Source of the DNA: an uncultured Anaeroplasmataceae bacterium
Lineage (GTDB): Bacteria; Bacillota_I; Bacilli_A; Acholeplasmatales; Anaeroplasmataceae
Length of the DNA: 64,000 nucleotides
Assembly (NCBI GenBank): GCA_910579215.1
Contig: CAJTTN010000006.1
Span: 57,376-121,375, forward strand
Reading direction: 5' to 3'
The notes beneath the pieces were generated by a model. It saw nothing but the letters and a program-made list of their open reading frames with translations, was not told the DNA's origin and did not search any database. The position numbers and the translations under genes were made by a program. Positions 37,867-46,205 of this stretch are shown one piece after another; the stretch's first letter is position 1, and the number at the start of each line of letters is the position of its first letter.

Positions 37867-39381
37867 ATGGAATTCCCAATACTTATTACAATTATAGTAG
37901 TGGCAGTAGTAATTTTTTTAGTGATTCTTTTCGCTTTATCTTATGTTAAGGCAGGTCCTGATACGGCAATTATGGTAACAGGAGCAGGAAAAAAGAAAAT
38001 TTTAATTGGTAAGGCGGGCTTTAGAATACCCTTTTTTCAAAGAACCGATTCCCTTTCTTTAAAAGCCTTTCAAGTAGATATTAAAACAGAGGAAGCCATT
38101 CCAACTAAGGAATTTATAAACATTAATGTAGATGGTGTAGCTAATTTAAAAATATCTTCTGATACGGAGATGCTAGAAAAGGCATTTGAATCTATTTTAA
38201 ATATGGCTGAATCTGAGCTTCAAAATCAGCTCCAGCAGGTATTGCAGGGAAACATGCGTGAAATTGTTGGTACAGTTGAAATTAAAGAGCTAGTAAGAGA
38301 TCGTCAAGGAGTTGCAAATAAGGTTAAGGAAAATGTTGTACCTGATATGGCTAAGCTTGGAATAGAGGTTGTAAACTTCAATATACAGTCCTTTTCAGAT
38401 GATAATAAGGTTATTGAAAATCTAGGTATAGATAATATTAGTCAAATTTCTAAGGATGCCTCAATAGCTAGAGCGAATGCTGAGCGAGATGTAGCTATTG
38501 CCTCAAGTGCAGCAAGTGAAGCAGCTAATAAAGCTAAAGTAGAATCTCAAATGAAGATTGTGCAGCAAAATACAGATTATGAGCTTCAGGCTGCAGCATT
38601 GAAGCAAAAATCAGATACGGCAAAGGCTGTTGCAGATGCTGCCTATGATATTGAAAAGCAGAAGCGTTTAGAACAGATTAATGTTGCCGAGGTGAACGCA
38701 AATATTGCTAAACGCGAAAGAGAAGTTGAGCTTGGAAATCGTGAAGTTGAATTAAAGGAAAAGAAGCTTCAGGCTGAGGTAAATAAGGTAGCAGATTCAA
38801 AAAAATATGCTGACCAAATGGCTGCAGAAGCGGATTTATTCACGCGTCAAAAGGCTGCAGAAGCAAAGAAATATGAATTAGAACAAGAAGCAGAAATGCA
38901 AAAGATAAAAGCAGAAGCAGATAAAATTGCAAGACAAAAATCAGCAGAGGCTTTTAAGATTCAAGCAGATTTAGAGGCTGCAGCGCAAATTGCGAGAGCA
39001 AACGCAGCTAAAGAAGCAGCTTTAGCTGAAGCCCAGGGAATAGAGGCTAAGGGTAAAGCAGAAGCGGATGCAATACGTGCTAAAGCAGAGGCTATGAAAC
39101 AATATGGAGAAGCTGCAACCTTACAGTTAATTTTAGATTCAGGTGTACTTCCTGAAATGGTTAAGGCTTATGCAGAACCAGTGGCTAGTGCAATGAGTAA
39201 GATAGATAGTATTACTATGTATGGAGAAGGAAATACAGCTAAGCTTACGGAGGAGATATCTAAAAATGGAACCCAAATTTTTGCAGGACTTGAAAAGGCA
39301 ACAGGACTAGATATAAAATCCTTACTTGCAGGTTTTTTGGGTGGTAAGCTGATAGAAAAAAGCAAATCTGACAAAGAATAA
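37867..39381 (+). CDS. Flotillin-like SPFH protein (FloT/YuaG-type) with long EA-rich coiled coil
   Basis: N-terminal TM, SPFH domain, ~250-aa Ala/Glu/Lys-rich repeats; RBS aaagagg before the ATG at 37867. Confidence 0.75.
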   Translation: MEFPILITIIVVAVVIFLVILFALSYVKAGPDTAIMVTGAGKKKILIGKAGFRIPFFQRTDSLSLKAFQVDIKTEEAIPTKEFININVDGVANLKISSDTEMLEKAFESILNMAESELQNQLQQVLQGNMREIVGTVEIKELVRDRQGVANKVKENVVPDMAKLGIEVVNFNIQSFSDDNKVIENLGIDNISQISKDASIARANAERDVAIASSAASEAANKAKVESQMKIVQQNTDYELQAAALKQKSDTAKAVADAAYDIEKQKRLEQINVAEVNANIAKREREVELGNREVELKEKKLQAEVNKVADSKKYADQMAAEADLFTRQKAAEAKKYELEQEAEMQKIKAEADKIARQKSAEAFKIQADLEAAAQIARANAAKEAALAEAQGIEAKGKAEADAIRAKAEAMKQYGEAATLQLILDSGVLPEMVKAYAEPVASAMSKIDSITMYGEGNTAKLTEEISKNGTQIFAGLEKATGLDIKSLLAGFLGGKLIEKSKSDKE

Positions 39382-39454
39382 AATCAGTTGAGGAAGCCAT
39401 AACGCTTCCTTTTTGTTCCTTTAACGAGTATAGGTATTTATTATTAAGGAAAGG

Positions 39455-40549
39455 ATGAAGAATATGTTAAAATCGTTGATTTTGGAAAATGAAAATAAAA
39501 TAGAAACCTTTGATATCTCCTATTATGAGGCACAAAGGAATCATCCTGTAATGGCAGCTATTTCTGCCCTTGAGACAACCAATGAAATTCAAAAGTGCTA
39601 TTTTGATTTAGAGGACTCTAGTTTGGACTTTAATGCTTTAAAATTGTATGCCTTACTTCAAAGCCTATTTGTCTCTGTTGACTCCTTATATGCTTTATCC
39701 ATCTCCTTGACTAAGTCTAAAAATTTAATCAATATAAATAGAAATCCTGTATTAAGAGAATTAAAATACATAAGAAATGATGTGGTTGGACATCCTGCAA
39801 ACAGGATGTTTAATTCTACAACCTTGGCATATTGCATTTTAGATATAGAGAGTATAAATAAATATGAATTCTCATATAATATTTTTTCTGGACAAGGAAT
39901 AGAAAGAAAAAAAATAAATCTTACAGAGCTTGTAGAAAACTATTATATAGAATGTAATAGCTTTTTAGAGGAACTTCATCGTGTAGAAGTTAAAGAAAGA
40001 CAAACCTCAAATTTTTCTAAATTATCCTTGGAGGCATTAAATCTTTTTGATATGAGAGGAGATTACTATGCTTGCTTAGCTAAATTGAAAAAGTTATATT
40101 TAAAACATTATCCAACAGCGACGCCAAGTCAGCATAGGTTTTTATGGAGAATGGAGCTGATTGATGAGCTTAGAGACTTTTCCTACCAAGATTTTGATAT
40201 TCAGGATTTAAAAGAGTATGCCATAGGGCTGGAAATAATAAAAATATATCAGTCCTTTTCGGGGAAGGAATATTCTGTATTTTTAGGTAGACGAAAGCCA
40301 TCGCTAATCTCAGAATTTTACCGTTTTTTAAAGAAAAATAAAAAAAGCTTACCATTGATTGATAAAATTAATGATATAAAGCAGCCCTTATTAAAGGATT
40401 CCTTAAATCAGCTATTTCAATTAGCAAAAGAAAAGAATGCCCATGGGGTTATAAAGTATTTAAATTTTTTGAAAACATTATATGATAATAAGGAAGCTAC
40501 CTTATTATATGCCTTTGCTTTGCCACTCAAAGATTATAAAAATAAGTAA
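39455..40549 (+). CDS. Hypothetical 364-aa protein with R-N-x4-H (HEPN-like) motif; possible Abi/toxin-like RNase
   Basis: LKYIRNDVVGHPANR matches HEPN R-x4-6-H with the Asn typical of Abi_2/Swt1-type HEPNs; no other recognisable domain. Confidence 0.35.
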   Translation: MKNMLKSLILENENKIETFDISYYEAQRNHPVMAAISALETTNEIQKCYFDLEDSSLDFNALKLYALLQSLFVSVDSLYALSISLTKSKNLININRNPVLRELKYIRNDVVGHPANRMFNSTTLAYCILDIESINKYEFSYNIFSGQGIERKKINLTELVENYYIECNSFLEELHRVEVKERQTSNFSKLSLEALNLFDMRGDYYACLAKLKKLYLKHYPTATPSQHRFLWRMELIDELRDFSYQDFDIQDLKEYAIGLEIIKIYQSFSGKEYSVFLGRRKPSLISEFYRFLKKNKKSLPLIDKINDIKQPLLKDSLNQLFQLAKEKNAHGVIKYLNFLKTLYDNKEATLLYAFALPLKDYKNK

Positions 40550-40613
40550 GATTTCTATAGATATATGCTTTATTTTGGTGTATAATTAGGTTTGTTTTGT
40601 TGGAGGTTATTTT

Positions 40614-42446
40614 ATGGATATAAGAAATATTGCAATTATAGCACACGTTGACCACGGAAAAACCACTTTAGTAGATAAGCTTTTGAGAAGCTCACACACC
40701 TTTAGAGATAATCAAGTGGTAGAAGAACGTGTAATGGATTCTAATGCTTTAGAGAAAGAGCGAGGAATTACCATTCTAGCAAAAAACACGGCAATTACCT
40801 ATAAGAATACAAAGATAAATATTTTAGATACTCCAGGACATGCTGATTTTTCTGGGGAAGTTGAACGAATCATGAAGATGGTTGATGGTGTTGTCTTAGT
40901 TGTAGATGCATATGAGGGGACTATGCCACAAACTAGATTTGTTCTAAAAAAAGCCTTTGAAGAACATTTAAAGCCTATTGTAGTTATTAACAAGGTGGAT
41001 AAACCCTCTGCTAGACCACTTGAGGTTATTGATGAGGTCTTAGAGCTATTTATAGATTTGGGATGTGATGTGGAAGAATTAGATTTTCCTGTTTGTTATG
41101 CCTCAGCAGTTAATAATACCTGTTCCTTATCCAGTGATTTGGCAACACAGACTAATGGGATGGAGCCATTGCTAGATATGATTATAAAATATATCCCTGC
41201 TCCTAATATGGATAAGGAAGCTCCTTTACAGCTCCAGCCTGCATTATTAGATTATACAGATTTTGTTGGACGTATAGGAATTGGTAGAATAGCTAGAGGA
41301 ACGATTCATACGGGAGAGGTTGTTTCATGTTGTCGTGTAGATGGCTCCATTAAATCCTTTCGCGTACAAAAGCTTTATGGATTTTTAGGGTTGGACCGTA
41401 TAGAAATCAAAGAAGCATCTGCTGGAGAAATAGTTGCTGTCTCTGGCTTGGGAGACATTTCTGTAGGAGAAACGATTTGTACGTTAGGGCAAGAAGAACC
41501 ACTAGAAAAAATACACATTTCTGAACCAACTGTACAAATGACCTTTGGAACAAATACCTCTCCTTTTTGTGGAAAAGATGGGAAAAATGTGACTGCAACC
41601 AAAATTGAAGAACGCCTTTTTCGTGAGGTTCAAAAGGATGTTTCCTTAAGAGTGAAACGTCTTGAGGCTTTAGAGGAATGGTTAGTATCTGGTAGGGGAG
41701 AGCTTCATTTAGGGATTTTAATAGAAACTATGAGAAGAGAGGGCTATGAGTTTCAGGTATCTAGACCACAGGTTATAATGAAAGAAATTGATGGAGTTCT
41801 TTGTGAACCTTATGAATATTGTGTGATAGATGTTCCTAATGAATCCGCAGGAGCTATCATTGAAATGATGGGAAATCGTCATGGAACTATGGAAACCATG
41901 AGTAATACAGAAACACAGACGAGATTGATTTATAAAATGCCGTCACGTGGATTGATAGGTTTTAATACAAATTTTATGACCTTGACAAAAGGCTATGGAA
42001 TAATCAATCATAGCTTTCTAGAGTATAGACCTGTTGAGTCTATTAATATTGCAGAACGACCTACAGGAGTTTTAGTATCTATGGCACAGGGACAATCTAC
42101 GGCCTATTCTATTGGGGCATTGGAGGATAGAGGCTCTATGTTTATTGCTCCAGGAGAAGAAATTTATGAAGGTATGATAGTTGGAGAGGCAAATAAGCCC
42201 CTAGATCTTGCTGTTAATGTTGTAAGAGCAAAACAGCAAACAAATACACGCTCCTCAAACAAGGATATGACAGTTGTATTGAAAACACCAAGAGTTCTTA
42301 CCCTAGAAGCATGCTTAGAGTTTATTAATGAAGATGAGCTTGTGGAAATCACACCTAAAAAAATAAGATTACGTAAAAAGATTTTAGATACGGTAGAACG
42401 CAAGAAATATGATGCGAAAATGAGAGCTTCTAAGGAAGAAAGTTAA
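40614..42446 (+). CDS. typA: Translational GTPase TypA/BipA
   Basis: AIIAHVDHGKTTL; DTPGHADF; NKVD; 610 aa. Confidence 0.9.
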   Translation: MDIRNIAIIAHVDHGKTTLVDKLLRSSHTFRDNQVVEERVMDSNALEKERGITILAKNTAITYKNTKINILDTPGHADFSGEVERIMKMVDGVVLVVDAYEGTMPQTRFVLKKAFEEHLKPIVVINKVDKPSARPLEVIDEVLELFIDLGCDVEELDFPVCYASAVNNTCSLSSDLATQTNGMEPLLDMIIKYIPAPNMDKEAPLQLQPALLDYTDFVGRIGIGRIARGTIHTGEVVSCCRVDGSIKSFRVQKLYGFLGLDRIEIKEASAGEIVAVSGLGDISVGETICTLGQEEPLEKIHISEPTVQMTFGTNTSPFCGKDGKNVTATKIEERLFREVQKDVSLRVKRLEALEEWLVSGRGELHLGILIETMRREGYEFQVSRPQVIMKEIDGVLCEPYEYCVIDVPNESAGAIIEMMGNRHGTMETMSNTETQTRLIYKMPSRGLIGFNTNFMTLTKGYGIINHSFLEYRPVESINIAERPTGVLVSMAQGQSTAYSIGALEDRGSMFIAPGEEIYEGMIVGEANKPLDLAVNVVRAKQQTNTRSSNKDMTVVLKTPRVLTLEACLEFINEDELVEITPKKIRLRKKILDTVERKKYDAKMRASKEES

Positions 42447-42501
42447 ATTTTTCTTGTAATACATAAGAGTTTGATGTAGAATAGAATTGGAGGGAAAGGC
42501 T

Positions 42502-42831
42502 ATGGAAAAGAGAGACATTATAGTTGTAATTTTGTTAGGTCTATTTACCTGTGGTATCTATTCCATTTATTGGTTCTATGTAAATGCTGAAGCTTTAAAT
42601 AAAGAAGTAGAGGATGACGAGCCATTAATGAATTATATACTAGCTGTTCTATTAGGAATGGTAACTTGTGGCATCTTTATGCTATATTGGTTATATAAAT
42701 TCTATCTTAAAGTGGATAAATATACAGGTGAAAATAATGCCATTTTAAATTTCTTGCTAGGTATTATTGCTACACCTATTGTTGGAATGGCTATCGCACA
42801 AAATTCAATTAACAAAAAATTAGAAAATTAA
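42502..42831 (+). CDS. DUF4234-like small membrane protein (duplicated TCGIYxxYW motif)
   Basis: Two repeats GLFTCGIYSIYWFY / GMVTCGIFMLYWLY. Confidence 0.5.
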   Translation: MEKRDIIVVILLGLFTCGIYSIYWFYVNAEALNKEVEDDEPLMNYILAVLLGMVTCGIFMLYWLYKFYLKVDKYTGENNAILNFLLGIIATPIVGMAIAQNSINKKLEN

Positions 42832-42835
42832 AAAA

Positions 42836-42877
42836 AATTCACTTGCTTGGTTTGGCAAGTGAATTTGTTTCTTTTTG
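42836..42877 (+). terminator. Rho-independent terminator
   Basis: 10-bp stem attcacttgc / gcaagtgaat followed by a T-rich tail. Confidence 0.5.
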
Positions 42878-42898
42878 GGGAAAGGAGGAGGTAAGGGT

Positions 42899-43330
42899 AT
42901 GAAAAAACCTTTATTAAACATAATGAGTTTTATTAGTAGATTTAATATTCCAATCTGTTTATTTGGACTTTATGTATTCCTTACACGTGCAATGGAAATT
43001 CAAAATTGTGTTATTAAGTGGATAATAGGATACCCTTGTCCAGGCTGTGGCATGACAAGAGCAGTCTTTTCCCTAATCCAATTTGATTTTATTCAAGCTT
43101 TTAGATATAACCCCTTTGTCTATCTTTTACCCTTTCTTTTTCTTGGTATAGCCTTTCAGCACATAGACTTTGTAAAAAAAATCATTTCAAACAAATGGTT
43201 GGCCATTGGTATAGCTTCCTTGATTTTAATTGCTTATATTTTACGTTTTGTATATATCTATCCTGCTCCCCCTATGGATTTTTATGAGCATAACTTACTT
43301 TCTTATATTTTAAAACTGTTTAGTTCTTAA
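42899..43330 (+). CDS. DUF2752-like membrane protein
   Basis: CPGCGMTRA motif; RBS aaaggaggagg before the ATG at 42899. Confidence 0.5.
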   Translation: MKKPLLNIMSFISRFNIPICLFGLYVFLTRAMEIQNCVIKWIIGYPCPGCGMTRAVFSLIQFDFIQAFRYNPFVYLLPFLFLGIAFQHIDFVKKIISNKWLAIGIASLILIAYILRFVYIYPAPPMDFYEHNLLSYILKLFSS

Positions 43331-43342
43331 TGTATTAAAACA

Positions 43343-43368
43343 GCCTGAATTTTTTCAGGCATTTTTTT
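43343..43368. terminator. Bidirectional terminator between convergent genes
   Basis: gcctgaa-tttttt-caggc with T-runs on both sides; overlaps the pepT stop codon. Confidence 0.5.
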
Positions 43369-44572
43369 CTATTTTAGCAATTTCTATTAAAATTTTTGTA
43401 ACTAGTTCCATTTCTTCTAAACAAGCAAACTCATAAGGACCATGACAATTATATCCGCCTGTTCCTAGATTGGGAGTTGGAAGTCCCATAAAGGTTAATC
43501 TTGCACCATCTGTTCCTCCACGAATAGGAGAAGTAGTAGGAGCAAGATTTAATCTTTCCATTGCCCTTTTTGCTTGTTCTACACAAACGGGATGCTTAGT
43601 TATAATATCAGACATATTTTTATAAGAATCTTTTATTGTTACAGATATTGTAGTTTTTCCATATTTTTGATTTAAATAGACTTCTGCCTCTTTTAAAAGT
43701 TTTTTCTTGGTTTCTAATAAGGATTTATTATGATCTCTTATAATATAGTGTAATGTAGCTTCCCCAACAGCTCCCTCTATATTTGTTAGATGGATGAAAC
43801 CTTCATAGCCTTCTGTATATTCAGGCTTTTGTTCCTTAGGGAGCATGGAGGCAAATTCCATTGCTATTTCGCTTGCATTTTTCATTTGATTTTTTGCGGA
43901 ACCAGGATGAATATCTAAGCCTTTTATTTTGACAGTTGCCGAAGCTGCATTAAAGTTTTCATAATTTATATCATGATATGCTCCTCCATCTACTGTATAA
44001 GCATAGGAGCAAGGAAATTTGGATAGATCAAAATGCTCAATTCCACTCCCTATTTCCTCATCAGGTGTAAAGGCTACATGAATTTCAGCATGGGGAGCTT
44101 CTGTAGTGGTATAATACCAAAGCATAGTCATTATACACGCAATTCCAGCCTTATCATCAGCTCCAAGAACAGTGGTTCCATCTGTAGTGATTAAAGTTTT
44201 CCCCTTTAATGTCTTTAAAACAGGAAATTGCCTTGGGTTTAATTCAATAGAGTTTAAGGAAATTGTTTTTCCATCATAATCGTTAATTACCTGTGGATTA
44301 ACATTTGTGCCACTGAAGTCAGGGATTGTATCCATATGAGCAATAAAGCCTATGGCGTCACTAGTGTCCTTCGTATTTGCAGGTAGTGTAGCATAAACAA
44401 AGCAATCCTTAGATAGGTAGACATCCTTTAGTCCTAGCTCTTTTAGTTCTTCACATAAAATTTCTGCCAATTGAAATTGCTTTTCTGTGGAGGGAGTTTT
44501 TGCTATACTATCATCTGACATAGTATCTATTTTTACATATTTTAAAAAATTATGGAGTAATTTAGTTTTCAT
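43355..44572 (-). CDS. pepT: Peptidase T (tripeptide aminopeptidase, M20B)
   Basis: N-terminus MKTKLLHNFLKYVKIDTMSDD; M20 metal ligands; 405 aa. Confidence 0.8.
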   Translation of the reverse strand: MKTKLLHNFLKYVKIDTMSDDSIAKTPSTEKQFQLAEILCEELKELGLKDVYLSKDCFVYATLPANTKDTSDAIGFIAHMDTIPDFSGTNVNPQVINDYDGKTISLNSIELNPRQFPVLKTLKGKTLITTDGTTVLGADDKAGIACIMTMLWYYTTTEAPHAEIHVAFTPDEEIGSGIEHFDLSKFPCSYAYTVDGGAYHDINYENFNAASATVKIKGLDIHPGSAKNQMKNASEIAMEFASMLPKEQKPEYTEGYEGFIHLTNIEGAVGEATLHYIIRDHNKSLLETKKKLLKEAEVYLNQKYGKTTISVTIKDSYKNMSDIITKHPVCVEQAKRAMERLNLAPTTSPIRGGTDGARLTFMGLPTPNLGTGGYNCHGPYEFACLEEMELVTKILIEIAKIEKNA

Positions 44573-44663
44573 AAACGTTCCGCCTTTCTATAAGATATTA
44601 TAACGCAATCCTTTAAAATTTTCACTAAATCATGGTAAATTTAACCAAAAAATAAGAAAATTC

Positions 44664-44692
44664 TTGCCTGTTTACAATTTCTGCGTTATAAT
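44664..44692 (+). promoter_or_regulatory. Sigma-A-like promoter for the cold-shock protein gene (ttgcct-17-tataat)
   Basis: -35 at 44664-44669; -10 at 44687-44692. Confidence 0.35.
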
Positions 44693-44724
44693 CTATATGT
44701 AGAAAAGTTTGAAAGGAGTCTCTG

Positions 44725-44922
44725 ATGAAGGGTAAAGTTAAATGGTTTAATGCTGAAAAAGGCTACGGCTTCATTGTATCTGAAGAAGGCAAAGAAGTTT
44801 TTGTTCACTTTAGTTCAATCTGTGCTGATGGTTATAAAACATTAAATGAAGGCGAAGAAGTTACCTTTGACGTAGTTGAAGGTGAAAAGGGTCAGTTAGC
44901 AAAGGAAGTTTATAAAGCTTAG
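44725..44922 (+). CDS. Cold-shock protein (CspA family)
   Basis: RNP1/RNP2 motifs [16 protein letters not shown] and VFVHF. Confidence 0.9.
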   Translation: MKGKVKWFNAEKGYGFIVSEEGKEVFVHFSSICADGYKTLNEGEEVTFDVVEGEKGQLAKEVYKA

Positions 44923-44929
44923 TCATCCT

Positions 44930-44961
44930 AAGGAGATTTTAGTATCTCCTTTTCTTTTTTC
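44930..44961 (+). terminator. Rho-independent terminator after csp
   Basis: aaggagat-tttagt-atctcctt hairpin plus T-run. Confidence 0.55.
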
Positions 44962-44985
44962 TTCATATTATATATTGGTGATAAA

Positions 44986-45861
44986 ATGTTAAAAGGAAGT
45001 ATTGTTGCTCTTATAACTCCTTTTACTGAGCAAAATGAAATAAATTATGATGAGCTTTCAAAGTTATTAGACCATCATATTGAAAATAAAACAGATGGAA
45101 TTTTATTGTTGGGAACTACTGCAGAGGCTGAAAGTCTTTCAGATGAAGAAAAGGTTTCTTTAGTTTCTTTTTCTTTAAATTATTTGAATGGAAGAATCCC
45201 TGTCATGATAGGGATTATTTCTAATCATCCAAAAAAAGTGGTAGAATTAGCTAAACTTTTTGAAAATTTTGAGTTTGATAGTTATCTTGTGAGTGCTCCT
45301 TTTTATATTAAAGGCAATACAGAGGGTATCCTTGGGCATTTTCGTTATATAGCTGATCATGTTGATAAGCCGATTGTCTTATACAATGTTCCTAAAAGAA
45401 CTGGTATGGAGATTCCATATGAGGTTGTAAGAATTTTATCTTATCATCCTAATATAATTGGAATTAAGGAAGCTTCTGGTGACATAAGCTATCAAACGAA
45501 AATCGCTTCTCTATGTAAAGAGGGATTTGTACTATATGGGGGAGATGACATGACAATGCTTGCCTCTTTAGCCTTAGGTGCTCAGGGTATGATTTCTGTT
45601 ATAGCAAATGCATATCCAAAAGAGGTTAAGCTTATTTTAGATTCCTTTTTAAAAAATATAGAAATTTCTCGTCTAGTCTTTCATAGACTTTTAATTTTAA
45701 CAGAGGATATCTTTAAGGAGACATCTCCTATCCCTGTAAAATATCTTCTTTATTTACAAGGCTTTCAAACAAAAAAGCTTAGACTACCTTTAGCAGAAGC
45801 CTCCATCCAATTAAGAAGAAAGCTTGAAGAGGATTATTTGCTTTATCAAGAGGAAGAATAA
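44986..45861 (+). CDS. dapA: 4-hydroxy-tetrahydrodipicolinate synthase (DapA)-family lyase
   Basis: N-terminus GSIVALITPFTE; class I aldolase fold; 291 aa. Confidence 0.6.
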   Translation: MLKGSIVALITPFTEQNEINYDELSKLLDHHIENKTDGILLLGTTAEAESLSDEEKVSLVSFSLNYLNGRIPVMIGIISNHPKKVVELAKLFENFEFDSYLVSAPFYIKGNTEGILGHFRYIADHVDKPIVLYNVPKRTGMEIPYEVVRILSYHPNIIGIKEASGDISYQTKIASLCKEGFVLYGGDDMTMLASLALGAQGMISVIANAYPKEVKLILDSFLKNIEISRLVFHRLLILTEDIFKETSPIPVKYLLYLQGFQTKKLRLPLAEASIQLRRKLEEDYLLYQEEE

Positions 45862-45886
45862 TAATAACTATATAATGTATACTTTT

Positions 45887-45922
45887 TGTGATAAGATGCT
45901 TTATTTTATCACATTTTTTATT
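45887..45922 (+). terminator. Rho-independent terminator after the dapA-like gene
   Basis: tgtgataa-11 nt-ttatcaca hairpin plus T-run. Confidence 0.45.
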
Positions 45923-46136
45923 ATGAAAAAGAAAGAATAAATGTGTTAAAATTTAGAAGAAAAAATTATAAAGTTTATAATAAAATAATTTGTTTAATTT
46001 CTCTTCTAAATAAAGAAATAGTGCTTTACTAAGTAAAAAAGAGTGTAGCATAAAGTAGAAAATTGTAAAACGTTTTTAATTATGATAAAAAAGTTACAAA
46101 AAAACAAAAAAAATTGGTTAGTTCGTTGGTTATTAG

Positions 46137-46165
46137 TTGATAAATCATATTAAAAAGATTATAAT
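46137..46165 (+). promoter_or_regulatory. Sigma-A promoter for PFOR (ttgata-17-tataat)
   Basis: -35 at 46137-46142; -10 at 46160-46165. Confidence 0.45.
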
Positions 46166-46205
46166 AGAGACGTATGAAAATATTTTATCTCATTAGGAGG
46201 AAATT

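Noticed and set aside
38450-39100. Periodic Ala/Glu/Lys-rich repeats resembling a tandem repeat or CRISPR-like periodicity
   Set aside because: They encode the coiled-coil region of the flotillin and are degenerate at the nucleotide level. They are not a separate repeat element or array.
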